From an uncultured delta proteobacterium (GTDB lineage: Bacteria; Myxococcota_A; Polyangia; Polyangiales; Polyangiaceae), in NCBI GenBank assembly GCA_963806225.1, contig CAWDXG010000004.1, positions 5,248,001-5,312,000 on the forward strand: 64,000 bases of DNA, given 5' to 3'. Within the stretch, counting starts at the first letter, position 1, and every line of letters starts with the position of its first letter. The notes under the pieces were generated by a model. The model made no database searches. It was not told where the DNA came from and saw only the letters and a list, made by a program, of their open reading frames with translations. Shown here one piece after another: positions 40,014 through 51,102 of the stretch. Made by a program: the position numbers and the translations under genes.

Positions 40014-40982
40014 ATGAACCGTCGCGGAACGTTCCTGGTCCTGCTGCTCGCTATCGGCTGCTCCAAGCACACGCCGTCCAAGCCCGCTCCCAGCGCGGCG
40101 ACGCCCTCCAGCGCACCACCTGCTGCGAGCGCGACGGCCGCGGCGAGCGCGACGGCCGCAGCGAGCGCAGCTCCGGCTGCTTCGTCGGCGAGCGCGCATC
40201 TGGCCGCGTCGTCGTCGTCGTACTCGTCCCTCACCGGCGTGCTGAGCGAAGAAGGGTTCAAGAAGCTGCACCAGCTCAAGGCCGACGCCGAGCCGCCGCG
40301 CAAGGGCACGATGATCGAGATCGCCGGAACCCGCGCGTACCTGAGCCTGCCGGCGAACGCCAAGCCGCCGCTGCCTGCGGTCGTGGTGATCCACGAGTGG
40401 TGGGGCCTGAACCAGCACATCGAGCACTGGGCCGACCGGCTGGCGGCTGACGGCTACGCAGCGGTGGCGGTCGATCTGTACGGCGGCAAGGTCGCGACGA
40501 CTCCTGATGAGGCCATGAAGCTGATGAAGGCCGTCGACGCCACGCGCGCCCGCACCACGCTGGTGGCGGCGTATCATTTCCTGAAGACGGATCCGCGCGT
40601 GAAGGCCTCTCGCCTCGGTTCCATCGGCTGGTGTTTCGGTGGCGGCTGGTCGCTGCAGCTCGCGCTGGCCGAGCCGAAGCTCGACGCGGACGTCATCTAC
40701 TATGGCCACGTGCCGACTGACCCCGAGAAGCTGACGCCCCTGCATGCGCCGGTGCTCGCGTTCTTCGGCAACAAGGACAAGAGCATTCCTCCCGCGCACG
40801 TCGACGCCTTCGAGCACGCGCTCGCGCAGCTCCACGTCACGCACACCGTGCTGCGTTACGACGCCCAGCACGCGTTCGCGAACCCATCGGGTGCCCGCTA
40901 CAACGAGAAGGCCGCGGCCGACGCCTGGAAGCACGTACGCTCCTTTCTCGACAAGTACCTGAAGCACCCGGCCAAGCCCTAG
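40014..40982 (+). CDS. Dienelactone hydrolase-family lipoprotein
   Basis: HEWWGLN, GWCFGG, HAFAN. Confidence 0.9.
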   Translation: MNRRGTFLVLLLAIGCSKHTPSKPAPSAATPSSAPPAASATAAASATAAASAAPAASSASAHLAASSSSYSSLTGVLSEEGFKKLHQLKADAEPPRKGTMIEIAGTRAYLSLPANAKPPLPAVVVIHEWWGLNQHIEHWADRLAADGYAAVAVDLYGGKVATTPDEAMKLMKAVDATRARTTLVAAYHFLKTDPRVKASRLGSIGWCFGGGWSLQLALAEPKLDADVIYYGHVPTDPEKLTPLHAPVLAFFGNKDKSIPPAHVDAFEHALAQLHVTHTVLRYDAQHAFANPSGARYNEKAAADAWKHVRSFLDKYLKHPAKP

Positions 40983-41055
40983 GCTTGCTCCTGTGCGGGT
41001 TCCGCGCGATCCTTGCATCGTGAAGGGGCCGAGCCGGGCAACGCGCGGAGGCAGC

Positions 41056-41805
41056 ATGTGCGGGCGCGTCGGGTCCGCGCTTGCCTTCCTTGTCCTGGTC
41101 GCCGCGCTGCCGGGCGGCTGCGGGAGCGATTCGTCGTCCGTCGCTCCAGCGCGGGGCTCCAGCGGTTCGGCGGGCGGCCCGGTCGACGGCGGAGGCAGCG
41201 GCGGCGCGGGCGGCAGCGCGGGAACGGGATGGCCCGGCGGATCCGCGGGCGCTCCGCAGGGTGGCGCCGCGGGAGTGGGTGCCCAGGCGGGCCAGGGTGG
41301 TACCGCGGGCGCTCAGCAGGGCGGCACAGGCGGCGCGGCCCAGGGCGGTACCGGCGGTTGCCCTTCTGCGGGATGGACCTTCCAGTGCGCGACTGCGTGC
41401 CCGTCGTCGTTCCCACAGGGAGTTCCCGACAGCGATTTCATCGAGAATGCGTGCAGCTACGGGGACACCGACCACGCCGTGGACAATGCCGTGAACCAGG
41501 TGATGGCGTCGCTGACCGGATGCGGCATCGGCAGCGACTGCCCGATCACGGTCGTTGCCGGCACGACCACGAACGAGATCTGCCAGAACTGGTTCGCGGC
41601 CGTCACGCAGGCGCTCCGCGCCCAGGGCTACTGCGCCGGCCAGCACGCGGTCGGTTCCACCGACGAGATCGCCGTCAACAGCACCTGCTGCGAGGGCAAG
41701 TGGTACGGCTATCACATCTGCAACTATGGCGGCGCGAAGGTGGTGTGGAACCCGGGCGCGCGACGCGGCTGGTGGGCGATCAAGGCGAGCTACTGCGGGC
41801 CGTAG
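41056..41805 (+). CDS. Gly-linker, Cys-rich lipoprotein of unknown function
   Basis: Signal peptide with GGC, Gly-rich stretch, Cys/Trp-rich C-terminal domain. Confidence 0.7.
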   Translation: MCGRVGSALAFLVLVAALPGGCGSDSSSVAPARGSSGSAGGPVDGGGSGGAGGSAGTGWPGGSAGAPQGGAAGVGAQAGQGGTAGAQQGGTGGAAQGGTGGCPSAGWTFQCATACPSSFPQGVPDSDFIENACSYGDTDHAVDNAVNQVMASLTGCGIGSDCPITVVAGTTTNEICQNWFAAVTQALRAQGYCAGQHAVGSTDEIAVNSTCCEGKWYGYHICNYGGAKVVWNPGARRGWWAIKASYCGP

Positions 41806-41880
41806 GTCTCGACTCTCGAGCTCCAGGAGCGGGACGGCGTCGTCCGGCGAGGGCAGCTCCACCCGGGGTGGGGGCCCCCG

Positions 41881-43389
41881 CTAGGTCCCGAGCTCGCCGA
41901 GGCGCCGCGACGTGATGTCCGACAGCGCCATGATCGTCGCCTGCGGGTTCACGGCGCTTGGGCTCGGAAACACGCTCGCGTCGCACACGTACAGGTTCTC
42001 GACGCCGCGCACCCGGCCTTGTGGGTCCACCGGGCCGCTGTCGTCCGCCGTCATGCGGCATGAGCCGAACGTGTGGTTCAGCGTCATGACCATGTGCTTC
42101 GCCGTGATCTTCGGATCGAGCAGGCTTGCGGTGTCGCGCTCGCTCTGCATCTCGTCGACGGCTCCGGGGATGCCGGTGTGCACGTAGCGCGCGCCGACCT
42201 GGAGCAGCGCGTCGGCGGCGATTTTCATGCCGCGCATGACCGGCGCGACGTTCTTCTCCGGGATCCACAAGCGCATGCGCGGCTCGCCGCTGTGCGTGGT
42301 CTTCACGCTGCCGTGGACTTCGCCGCGGTACACGACGGCGATCACCGCCGCGTGCTTGACCTCGTGCAGGCGTTCCAGAAACGGCAGACCCACGTCGCCC
42401 CAGCGCACCATCAGCACGCTGGGAGAAGCCCACAGTCCCTCGTACTTCAAGCCGCGGATGTCCTGGCTCTGGGCGCCCCAGCCTTGCGTGGCGCCGACCC
42501 AGGGGTCGATGACCTCGTCCATGATGCCGACGAGGCCGCCGCCGATGTGGCAGAACATCGTGGCGCCGACCCGTCCCCGGGGATTGATCCGGCTCTTCTG
42601 CAGGATGACCGGCGTGTGCATCGTGCCGGCCGCGAGCACGACCGTCTTGGCGTGCACGCGGAAGCGCGCCAGCTTCACGCGGCCGTGTGGGTCCACGACG
42701 CGGCCCTCCACGCCCACCGCCCGTGCGCCTCGTGTGAGCACGCGCTCGACGTGCGAACAGGTGTACACCTCGGCGCCGTGCTCTTCCGCTTCCGGCAGGT
42801 AGGAGCGATCGACCGACTGTTTCCTACCGCTCACGCATCCCGTCAGGCAGTCGGAGCAGCCCTCGCAGTCGATGACAGCGCGCGGCAGCGGTTCGCCTTC
42901 CACGCCCGCCACGCCCTCGACGGCGTCGCGTGCCACTAGATTGCGGCGGCCCATCACCGACATCGGTGTCGGCGCCACGCCGAGACGGGCGAACACGCGG
43001 TCATAGGCTTCGTCGAGCGCGCTTTCGCCCAGCCAGTCGATTCCGGTATCGCGTTGCCATTCTTCCCGCACCCAGCCGGGCAGCTTGAGCATGATCGCCG
43101 AATTGACGACTGTGCTGCCGCCAAGGCAACGCGCCTGCAGCGACGGACTCTGCGTGGTGCCGCCGATGAGGCGCAGCCCGCCCTCCCAGAAGTAACGCGC
43201 GAGGAAGCGGGGTGCGTCGCGGGTCATGTCCGCCGGTTTCAGCTCCGGTCCCGCTTCCACGACCACCACGCGAAGGCCGGCCTTGGCGAGATTGAGCGCG
43301 GCGACCGCGCCACCCGGCCCCGAGCCGACGACCACCGCGTCGCAGTCAACGTCGAAACCGCTCTTCACGTCGTCGAGCCCGTGCCTCAC
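41881..43389 (-). CDS. GMC-family oxidoreductase
   Basis: VVGSGPGG, LGGSTVVN, C.GC..C..GC, HTFGSCRM, DASVFP..AVNPQATI. Confidence 0.9.
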   Translation of the reverse strand: MRHGLDDVKSGFDVDCDAVVVGSGPGGAVAALNLAKAGLRVVVVEAGPELKPADMTRDAPRFLARYFWEGGLRLIGGTTQSPSLQARCLGGSTVVNSAIMLKLPGWVREEWQRDTGIDWLGESALDEAYDRVFARLGVAPTPMSVMGRRNLVARDAVEGVAGVEGEPLPRAVIDCEGCSDCLTGCVSGRKQSVDRSYLPEAEEHGAEVYTCSHVERVLTRGARAVGVEGRVVDPHGRVKLARFRVHAKTVVLAAGTMHTPVILQKSRINPRGRVGATMFCHIGGGLVGIMDEVIDPWVGATQGWGAQSQDIRGLKYEGLWASPSVLMVRWGDVGLPFLERLHEVKHAAVIAVVYRGEVHGSVKTTHSGEPRMRLWIPEKNVAPVMRGMKIAADALLQVGARYVHTGIPGAVDEMQSERDTASLLDPKITAKHMVMTLNHTFGSCRMTADDSGPVDPQGRVRGVENLYVCDASVFPSPSAVNPQATIMALSDITSRRLGELGT

Positions 43390-43865
43390 GCTCCGTCTCC
43401 CATGCGCGTGAGCGCATCGGGGCGCACATCGATGCGCAGCGGATCCTCCTCGTGCGAGCACACGCGGTATTCGCCGATGTAGGCGATCACGGACGGGTGC
43501 GACATGTACATCATCGTCGTGGTGGCCTTGATGGCGTCACCGAGCACTCGCAGAGGGAGCAGCCGCGAGTGCCGCCAGCCGCGGATGATCTCCGCGCGGC
43601 GTGTGCGCGGGATGCGCGAGAAACGCCGGAAGCCGAGCACCAGGAACAGCGCTCCGAGCTCGACGAACACGAACAGCAGCGTGAGGAGCCTTCGCTGTTT
43701 CGGGGGCAGCTCGTCGAGGTATTCGAGCGTGCGCCGCACCATGTCCGTGCTCTTCCAGTCCGGCGCCCCGAGCTCGTTCTCGGGAAAGGTCACTTCGGAC
43801 AGCGCGACGATGCCGTCCCGCGCCCGGTTCGCCCAGAAGCCTTCACCGGTCACGGAACCGCTCAT
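43386..43865 (-). CDS. Gluconate 2-dehydrogenase subunit 3-like partner protein
   Basis: Overlaps the GMC start (GTGA); RFSRIP...W..S...Y.HP...IG pattern. Confidence 0.65.
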   Translation of the reverse strand: MSGSVTGEGFWANRARDGIVALSEVTFPENELGAPDWKSTDMVRRTLEYLDELPPKQRRLLTLLFVFVELGALFLVLGFRRFSRIPRTRRAEIIRGWRHSRLLPLRVLGDAIKATTTMMYMSHPSVIAYIGEYRVCSHEEDPLRIDVRPDALTRMGDGA

Positions 43866-43982
43866 ACCACGACGCGGCCGGCTGCGTCGGTGCGGTGCTA
43901 CGCGTCCTCGCTGACCAGCACGCGCCGGCTTCTTGGCCCGCGGCGAGCAGAGCGGCCTACGATCGCATCCGGAGGTACGACT

Positions 43983-44411
43983 ATGGTCTCGATTCCCCGA
44001 TATGCCGGAGCGCGGCTGATCCGCCGGACGGCGCGAGTGGCGTGTCAGGTGGTCCGCCTGCGCGACTTCCGTCTGGTTGCCGACTGCATCCAGAACGTTT
44101 CGGATGGCGGCCTGCTGGTGGGGCCGGCCGATCCGGTACTAACGGGCGAGCCGTTGGTCGTGTCGTTCCGGGTGCCGGGTTTCAGCGACTGGATCGATGC
44201 CGAAGCCGTCGTCCGGCGCGTGGCCCACGGTCGCCGTCCGGGTGAAACGAGCCGCGCGCTTGGTCTCCAGCTCGTCGATCTGGACGACTACTCGCAGCGG
44301 CTCCTCATGTCGTACATGCGGCGCCTGCCGCCTGTCCCGCCGAGCTACCGGGTCAGCGCCGGCTGGCACCAGCGCCTGCGTCCTCTTTCGCCCCGACTGC
44401 ACGCGGCTTGA
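43983..44411 (+). CDS. PilZ-domain protein
   Basis: GGAGG RBS; RLIRR, NVSDGG, AVVRRV. Confidence 0.75.
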   Translation: MVSIPRYAGARLIRRTARVACQVVRLRDFRLVADCIQNVSDGGLLVGPADPVLTGEPLVVSFRVPGFSDWIDAEAVVRRVAHGRRPGETSRALGLQLVDLDDYSQRLLMSYMRRLPPVPPSYRVSAGWHQRLRPLSPRLHAA

Positions 44412-44508
44412 ACCCAGTGGCCCCCCGCTGATCGGCGTCAACCGCGGTCTGGCTCCTGCCGCGCGGGCCGCGGGACTCCCGGGCGAGGTGTGCTAGTGCA
44501 CCCGGCGG

Positions 44509-44997
44509 ATGTCGCCGGAGATCATTGCGCTGTCGGACGCGCACGCGCTTGCCGTGTGGCGCAATGTCGTGATCCAGATCTGGGAACGAGCGCTGGACCC
44601 GGCCACCTCGCAACGCGAGCTCCAGAGAACGCTCGCTACCTTCAAGCGCGAGCGGCGCGGCTCGCCCGGCGCTCTGCTGCTCGCGTTCAGCCTGATCTCG
44701 GCGCACGCGACCATGCCCGATCCGAAATCCCGGGCAATCGCGGCGGAGTTCCCTTCCTACTTCGACTACTACGTTGGCGTGCACGAAGGCGCCGAGCTGC
44801 GCGGGTCGTTGGTGCGCACCGCGATTGAAGCGATGGCGCTGGCCGCGCGCGTCGAGCCCCGGTACGAGCTCGTGGACGACCTCGTGGGGGGGTGTCGTCG
44901 GCTGGCGACCCAGTCCCAGGGAAGCGTCCGCGAGGACGAGCTCCGCGAAGTCGTCCTGGAGCTCCGGGCGCAGATCGCGACAGCTGGAGCCGCGTAG
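44509..44997 (+). CDS. Hypothetical protein (STAS/SEC14-like myxobacterial family)
   Basis: AVWRNVVIQIW...V.EG..LRGSLVR pattern. Confidence 0.55.
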   Translation: MSPEIIALSDAHALAVWRNVVIQIWERALDPATSQRELQRTLATFKRERRGSPGALLLAFSLISAHATMPDPKSRAIAAEFPSYFDYYVGVHEGAELRGSLVRTAIEAMALAARVEPRYELVDDLVGGCRRLATQSQGSVREDELREVVLELRAQIATAGAA

Positions 44998-45027
44998 TCC
45001 GGGCAGGATGCTATCCTGCTACCGCAC

Positions 45028-46317
45028 ATGATCGCGCGGCTCGGCTCTTCAGCGCTGCTGGTGGCGGCGGCACTCGTGTCCGCCTGTTCATCGGCTCCAG
45101 AAAACCAGGTCCGGACGGGATCGCTCGTGGGCGGCACGGGTCCGCTGCCGGGCGCGATCGCCGGCATGCACTACACCGCGGGAGCCCGGTCCGGGTACAC
45201 CGACGACCAGGGGCACTTCGAGTACCGCACCGGCGAGAAGGTCACGTTCTCGGTGGGAGCGCTCGAGTTCGAGCCAGTGAAGGGAGCGGCTCTGGTCAGC
45301 CCGTTCCAGCTGGCGAATGGCAGCGGGTGCGCCGCGGGCGAAGCGCTCGTCCATGTGCTCCAGATCCTCCAGAGCGTCGACAAGGACGGCAACCTCGACA
45401 ACGGCATCCAGCTGCCGGAGCTGCCCGTCGGCGATCCGCCGCGCAAGGTGGCGGACCTCGGCGCGGGCGATCTCGCCGCGGCCGTGCAGAAGCTCATGTC
45501 CGGAGCCTCGCTGGTCTTGCCGGATCAGGCGCTCGATCGCTTCATCCGCCAGGTGGACGACGAGGCCTGGAAGAAGGGGACGGGCACGTCCTTCGGGCTG
45601 CCCGATGCGCTCTACCGCGCCCAGGGCGTGGCGACCGACGGCAGGAGCTGGTTCTTCTCGTCCACGAACCACTTGCAGCGCACGAACCAGTCCTTCGAGT
45701 CGCAGGTGGACAACGTCCAGCCGATTCCGATCGACATCGCCAAGCAGGGCGGAGACCATATCGGGGATATCGACGTGTACGGTGGCCTTCTGTACGCCCC
45801 GATCGAAGACGGGCCGGACTACCTGCACCCCTACGTGGTCACGTACGACGCGAAGTCACTTCAGCCGACCGGCAAGAGCTACCCGCTCCCACAGAAGCTC
45901 CTCACCCAGGGAGTGCCCTGGGTGGCCGTCGATGGCCCGCGAAAACGCGTCTACACCGCCGAGTGGGATCCGACGCAGCGAATCGATATCTTCGATCTCA
46001 CGAACGACCTTGCGTTCGACAAGACGCTCGAGCTGACGACAGCCATTGGCCGTATCCAGGGGGCCAAGGTGTTCGGCGGCGAGATGTACGCGACGAGCGA
46101 CAACGACGAGAAGTCTGTCTACAAGATCGACCTCGATACGGGCACTGTCATGAAGCTGTTTGCATTGGGCACGACGGGCTCGGAGGTGGAGGGTCTGGCG
46201 CTGACGAACGAGAAAGACGGCGCCCACGTCCACATCGAGAACGTGGTCGTGCCCAAGCTGGACTTCGTCGACTACCTCCGCACCCGCGCACCTCTGCGCG
46301 ACCGGATCTGCCCGTAG
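45028..46317 (+). CDS. Lipoprotein with probable C-terminal beta-propeller
   Basis: VSAC lipobox; G.TD..G.F.Y..GE.VTF, DKDGNLDNGI; QGVATDG, HIGDID, EVEGLA blades. Confidence 0.7.
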   Translation: MIARLGSSALLVAAALVSACSSAPENQVRTGSLVGGTGPLPGAIAGMHYTAGARSGYTDDQGHFEYRTGEKVTFSVGALEFEPVKGAALVSPFQLANGSGCAAGEALVHVLQILQSVDKDGNLDNGIQLPELPVGDPPRKVADLGAGDLAAAVQKLMSGASLVLPDQALDRFIRQVDDEAWKKGTGTSFGLPDALYRAQGVATDGRSWFFSSTNHLQRTNQSFESQVDNVQPIPIDIAKQGGDHIGDIDVYGGLLYAPIEDGPDYLHPYVVTYDAKSLQPTGKSYPLPQKLLTQGVPWVAVDGPRKRVYTAEWDPTQRIDIFDLTNDLAFDKTLELTTAIGRIQGAKVFGGEMYATSDNDEKSVYKIDLDTGTVMKLFALGTTGSEVEGLALTNEKDGAHVHIENVVVPKLDFVDYLRTRAPLRDRICP

Positions 46318-46541
46318 GGCGACGGTGGGCGCGGGCGGCGGCGACGAGACGAAAGCGCATGATGCACCGCGGCGCTCTCGACAGCGCCAAATTGCCTGGG
46401 GGAGAGCATTGCCGCGGAGTTTGCTTGACAGGCGGCCCCGTATAGCTGCAGCATAATACTCTGGTCTTGTAATGCCCCTGCAGTACTCCTCGAAGGGGTC
46501 GCATCATGGACCACAGTCACTTACACGGAGGTAGCTAGGCG

Positions 46542-46964
46542 ATGCAACGAAGGCTCTGGGCACTGCTGGCGATGCTCTCCGTTCTCTGTTTTGCCGGAGT
46601 CGGCCGTACTGGAAAGACGGTCAGTGGCAAGGTCCAGCTGATGGACTACGTCCAGCAGACCGGGCTCGTGCTCGGCTACCCCGACGGCCAACCGCCGCTC
46701 GGCTGGTATCACCGGACGAGCCACACCGAGTACGCGCCGGGACCGCCCAGCTTCTACTATCCCCCGAGCCCTTGTCGTGGTCTGGCCCGTGCCTGGAACG
46801 TGATTGTCCGCTTCCAGCCGAGGCGTGGCTCGGTCGAGATCCTCAGGCAGCACGCGCTCCAGCGCATCCTCACCCAGATGACCCGGCACGAGTGCAATGC
46901 GTCGATTGACCGCTTTGCCAACGGCACGCCAGCGGACATAGTGAAAATCAGCCCCACGCCGTGA
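46542..46964 (+). CDS. Small secreted hypothetical protein
   Basis: GGAGG RBS, signal peptide; no recognisable motif. Confidence 0.6.
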   Translation: MQRRLWALLAMLSVLCFAGVGRTGKTVSGKVQLMDYVQQTGLVLGYPDGQPPLGWYHRTSHTEYAPGPPSFYYPPSPCRGLARAWNVIVRFQPRRGSVEILRQHALQRILTQMTRHECNASIDRFANGTPADIVKISPTP

Positions 46965-47043
46965 CGGCGTCCGCCGCGCCTCTAGCGGCGTGGTGGGAGA
47001 GCGCAGAGTCGTCTATCCTGGGGCGTCGGAGGCTGCTCCAGGA

Positions 47044-49788
47044 ATGAAGGTGCGCGACGTGCGTGCGATGGCGTTGGAAGCGCTCTCGCGCGGCTGGTTG
47101 GCTGCGGGAGATCTCTGGGAGATCTCGCAGCGTTGGGCGACCCTGCAGGAGGAAGCGTCGCCCGATACCGTGTTCCAGGGGCTGCTCGCGCCCGGGCAGA
47201 TTATCGAGCTGGCGCGGCAGTTCCCCGCCGACGCGGAAACGTGGCCGTCTTTCGCCGAGCCTTTCGTCGCGCCTTCGGATGCGCCGCACCCTACGATCGA
47301 TGCGCTCGACGACGTCTTCGTCACGCCACCTGACCCGAGCGTGCGGCGCCCCGCGATCGGAATTCCTTCTAGCCGGCCGCCGCCTCCCGGCAACGATCTG
47401 GGCGCGCTGCCGGGGCGTCTTTCCGGACCCCGCTACGAGATCGTCGAGCCGCTAGGCTACGGCGGGGTGGGGGCGGTCGTTGCCGGGCTCGATCGAGAGA
47501 TCGGGCGCGTCGTGGCGATCAAGACGCTGCATGAGCGCGCCGAAGGCGACCCGAAGACCGTCCGGCGCTTCCTGCTCGAAGCGCGCGTGACGGCGCAGCT
47601 CGAGCACCCGGGCATCGTGCCGGTGTACGACATCGGTGCGATGCCAGACGGCCGCTCGTACTACACGATGCGGGTCGTCAAGAAGCGCTCGCTGCGCGAT
47701 GTGCTGCAGCAGCCGGAGCCGAGACCGGGCTGGCCGCTGGTGCGCCTGCTGGGCGCTTTCCTGCAGGTGACGCGCGCGCTCGCGTACGCGCACTCGCGCG
47801 GCGTCCTGCATGGCGACATCAAGCCGGACAACATCCTGCTTGGCGACTTCGGCGAGGTGTACCTTGCGGACTGGGGGCTGGCGCGGGTGCAGCGCGACAA
47901 CAAGCTCAGGATGTCGTCCTCGGGTTCCGTCCCGCCGCCGGGTTCTGCTTCTCCCACGGGCGGGACGCCCGGCTATTTTGCGCCCGAGGTGGCGCGTGGC
48001 GAGTGGGAGACGCTCGATCACCGCTCCGATCTGTTCTCGCTCGGCGTGGTGCTCTACGAGATCCTGACGGGGCGGCACCCATTCGTCATGGATCACCCTT
48101 CCGCGACGCTGCTCGCCGCTGCCAGCCGCGATGCGGTGCCACCGCGTGACGTGGCCCCGGGATGCCCGCTGCTGCTCGACGATCTGTGCATGCAGCTGCT
48201 CGCGAAGAACAGGAGCGAGCGCACCCAATCGGCCGACGAGATCGCCGAGCAGGTCGAGGCATTTCTCGAGGGCGCGAAAGAACGTGAGCGACGGCGGGAA
48301 GAAGCCAGGCGCCTCTGCGAGCGGGCCGGCGAATCGAGCCGCCACTACCACGAGCTGGAAGCCGAACGACAGCGTCTCGTGGAGGTGGCCCGCGAAGCCC
48401 GTCGTGACATCGAGGGCTGGGAACCGATCGAGAAGAAGCGTGCAGCCTGGGGCGTGGAGGACGCCGCCGCCGCCGCGGAGCGCGAAGCCGCGCTCGCGTT
48501 GGCAGAGACCATCGAGCTCTACACGAAGGCTCTCGGCTATGACGCGGAGAGCGCCGAAGCCCACGCCGGTCTCGCGGAGCTGTACTGGACGAACGCACGC
48601 GTCGCAGAAAAGCAGCGCCAGGAAGCGACGCAGATCTACTACGAGGCGCTCGTCATCGATCACGACGACGGTCACTACGCTTCTCTGCTCAAAGCCGATG
48701 CCGCGTTGTCGCTCCAGTCCGATCCGCCTGGCGCACTGGTGACCGCACAGCGTTACGTGGAGCGCGACCGCGTGCTGGTTGCCGGCGAACCACGCGTCCT
48801 CGGCCAGACTCCGCTCGTCGACGTGACGCTGGCCCCGGGTAGCTACCTCATCACGCTCAGGCATCCCGGCTATCGGGACACGCGCTACCCGGTGCTCCTG
48901 CACCGCGGCGAGCGCCACGAAGCCCTTGTGAATCTGTATCGCGACGAGGAGATAGGGGAGGGCTTCATCTACGTGCCTGCCGGCAGGGTCCTGCTCGGGG
49001 GAGATCCAGAGGCGATCGATCCGATTCCGCGGCGCGAAGTCGAGGTGAGGGATTTTGCCATCTCGCGCTTTCCCATCACCATGCGCGAGTACTGCGCGTT
49101 TCTCGATGCACTGAGCGCCGAGCACGCTCCGCTGGTCGAGAAGCGCGCGCCTCACGACATCCGTGGCTCCGAGGGGCTGGTCGTGCACCGGGGTGCGGAT
49201 GGGCATTGGGCGCCCGACGAGATCATGATCGAGGGCGAGGCGCGCGAGCTGTTCCCATTGGAAGAGGGGCATCTCTGGCGGCTCCCCGCGCATCTTGTCG
49301 ACTGGTTCGACGCGCAGGCCTACTGCGGCTGGCGTGGTGCGCGCGAGAGCGCGGAAATCCGTCTGCCGACGGAGGCCGAATGGGAAAAGGCTGCGCGAGG
49401 CGCCGACGGACGTTTCTATCCGTGGGGCAGTCGTTTCGATCCGACCTTCTGCAAGATGCGCGAATCGCGCCCCTTCACGACCCAGCCGGAGCCGATCGGT
49501 TCGTTTCCCGTCGACTGCTCGCCGGCGGGCGTGTGTGACATGGCGGGCGGCATGCGCGAGTGGGTCGCCGACATCCTCGGCGACAAGCGCGCGGAGGAGC
49601 TGGCGGCCGAGCCCGAGCCCGCGGCCGACGCCGAACGCGGACAATCGACCTGGCGCATGGCGCGGTCGGGCAACTGGATGTCGGATTGAGTCTGGGCGCG
49701 GTCCGCCTCACGCGGCGAGCTGCGTGCCCTGACGCGAGGCACCGGGCTCGGCTTCCGCTGCGTGCGCACTCTCGTCCGGAGAGGCTAG
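47044..49788 (+). CDS. Ser/Thr kinase - helical/TPR - PEGA - FGE-sulfatase fusion, interrupted by in-frame TGA at 49687-49689
   Basis: [43 protein letters not shown]; after the TGA the same frame gives VWARSASR...GFRCVR then TAG. Confidence 0.85.
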
Positions 49789-50004
49789 TCGCAGGTCCGC
49801 CGCGACCCGGAGCGTCATGGGACGCTCCGGTTGCGGGCGTGCTGCTCAGTGCAGGTGAGCGCGCTTCTCGGGCTTTCTGCCAGCCGTTGCCTGGGCGAGC
49901 TCCCGGGGGCTCCAGATGCTGCGCATCACTGCGCGCGTCGGGGCTGCGTGGCGCAGTGGCTGCGTGGCGGTTCCGCTGGCCCGCAGCCACTGCGGATGCC
50001 GTGA

Positions 50005-50935
50005 TCAGTAACAGACGTGGTAGCCCGTCAGATAGGTGCTCTGGTGGCACGAACCCTGTTGGCAATCGATGCCGTCGGTCGTCTTGCAGATCTCGTACTG
50101 GCCCGTGCCGCAACTACTGGCGCACTTGACTTGGCTGTAGGAATTGCCGGCGACCGTGCCGCAGCACACCTGGCCCTGGGGGCAGTCTGCCGGACCATCG
50201 CACTCGACCGTCGTTGTAGAAGCGCAGCCCGTGCCGCTGCAGGTGCACTGGCTGCTGGAGTCGATGCAGTTGAACTGCATCTGCTGGGTGTAGTGGCGCG
50301 TGGCGCAACAGATCTGCGACGGACCCGAGCAGGTCGAATTGCCGCAGTCGATAGACACGGTGCCGGATCCACCCGTGCCACCCGTTCCGCCGGTACTGGT
50401 GCCGCCCGTTCCGCCGGTGACTGGTGCCGCCCGTTCCGCCGGTGGCGGTGCCGCCCGTTCCGCCGGTGGCGGTGCCGCCCGTTCCGCCGGTGGCGGTGCC
50501 GCCCGTTCCGCCGGTGGCGGTGCCGCCCGTTCCGCCGGTACTGGCGGTGCCGCCCGTTCCGCCGGTGGCGGTGCCGCCCGTTCCGCCGGTGGCGGTGCCG
50601 CCCGTTCCGCCGGTGGCGGTGCCGCCCGTTCCGCCGGTGCCCGTTCCGCCCGTGCCCGTTCCGCCGGTGCCCGTGCCACCGGTTCCGGAACCGCCCGTGC
50701 CCGTGCCACCCGTCCCCGAGCCACCGGTGCCCGTGCCACCCGTTCCGGAACCGCCCGTGCCCGTGCCGCCCGTCCCCGAGCCTGCCGCACCGGCGGAAGC
50801 GTCACCGTTGGCACCGGAGCTCCCGCCGCTGCCGAACAACCCGCTCGAATTGCTGCCGCCGCAGGCGAGGGGAACGGCCAGGGCGATCACGGTGGCAAGC
50901 CCGAATCTGGCCCAACCAAGTCGACGATGCGTCAT
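50005..50935 (-). CDS. Gly/Thr-repeat, Cys-rich lipoprotein (frameshift near 50420)
   Basis: PLAC lipobox; GGTATGGT repeats; CDGPADCPQGQVCC domain. Confidence 0.75.
50370..50775 (-). repeat. Coding tandem repeats (24-nt GGTATGGT and 15-nt GGSGT/GGTGT units)
   Basis: GTGCCGCCCGTTCCGCCGGTGGCG repeated many times on the plus strand. Confidence 0.9.
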
Positions 50936-51062
50936 CAGGAGCTCCTGGAAAAAAGGATAGGAGATGCGGGAAGAGAAAAGTCGCCTCCTCGCACAGACTA
51001 GCATCGGTACGCATCCCCGATCGAGGGGTACGAAGCAACGCGCTGCGTCGTGACACAGCGAA

Positions 51063-51078
51063 TGGCACGCTGGTTGCA
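51063..51078 (+). promoter_or_regulatory. Putative sigma54 promoter
   Basis: Exact TGGCAC-GCTGG-TTGCA about 25 nt upstream of ATG 51103. Confidence 0.65.
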
Positions 51079-51102
51079 GCCGTCCATGGCGGGTGGTGGG
51101 CC

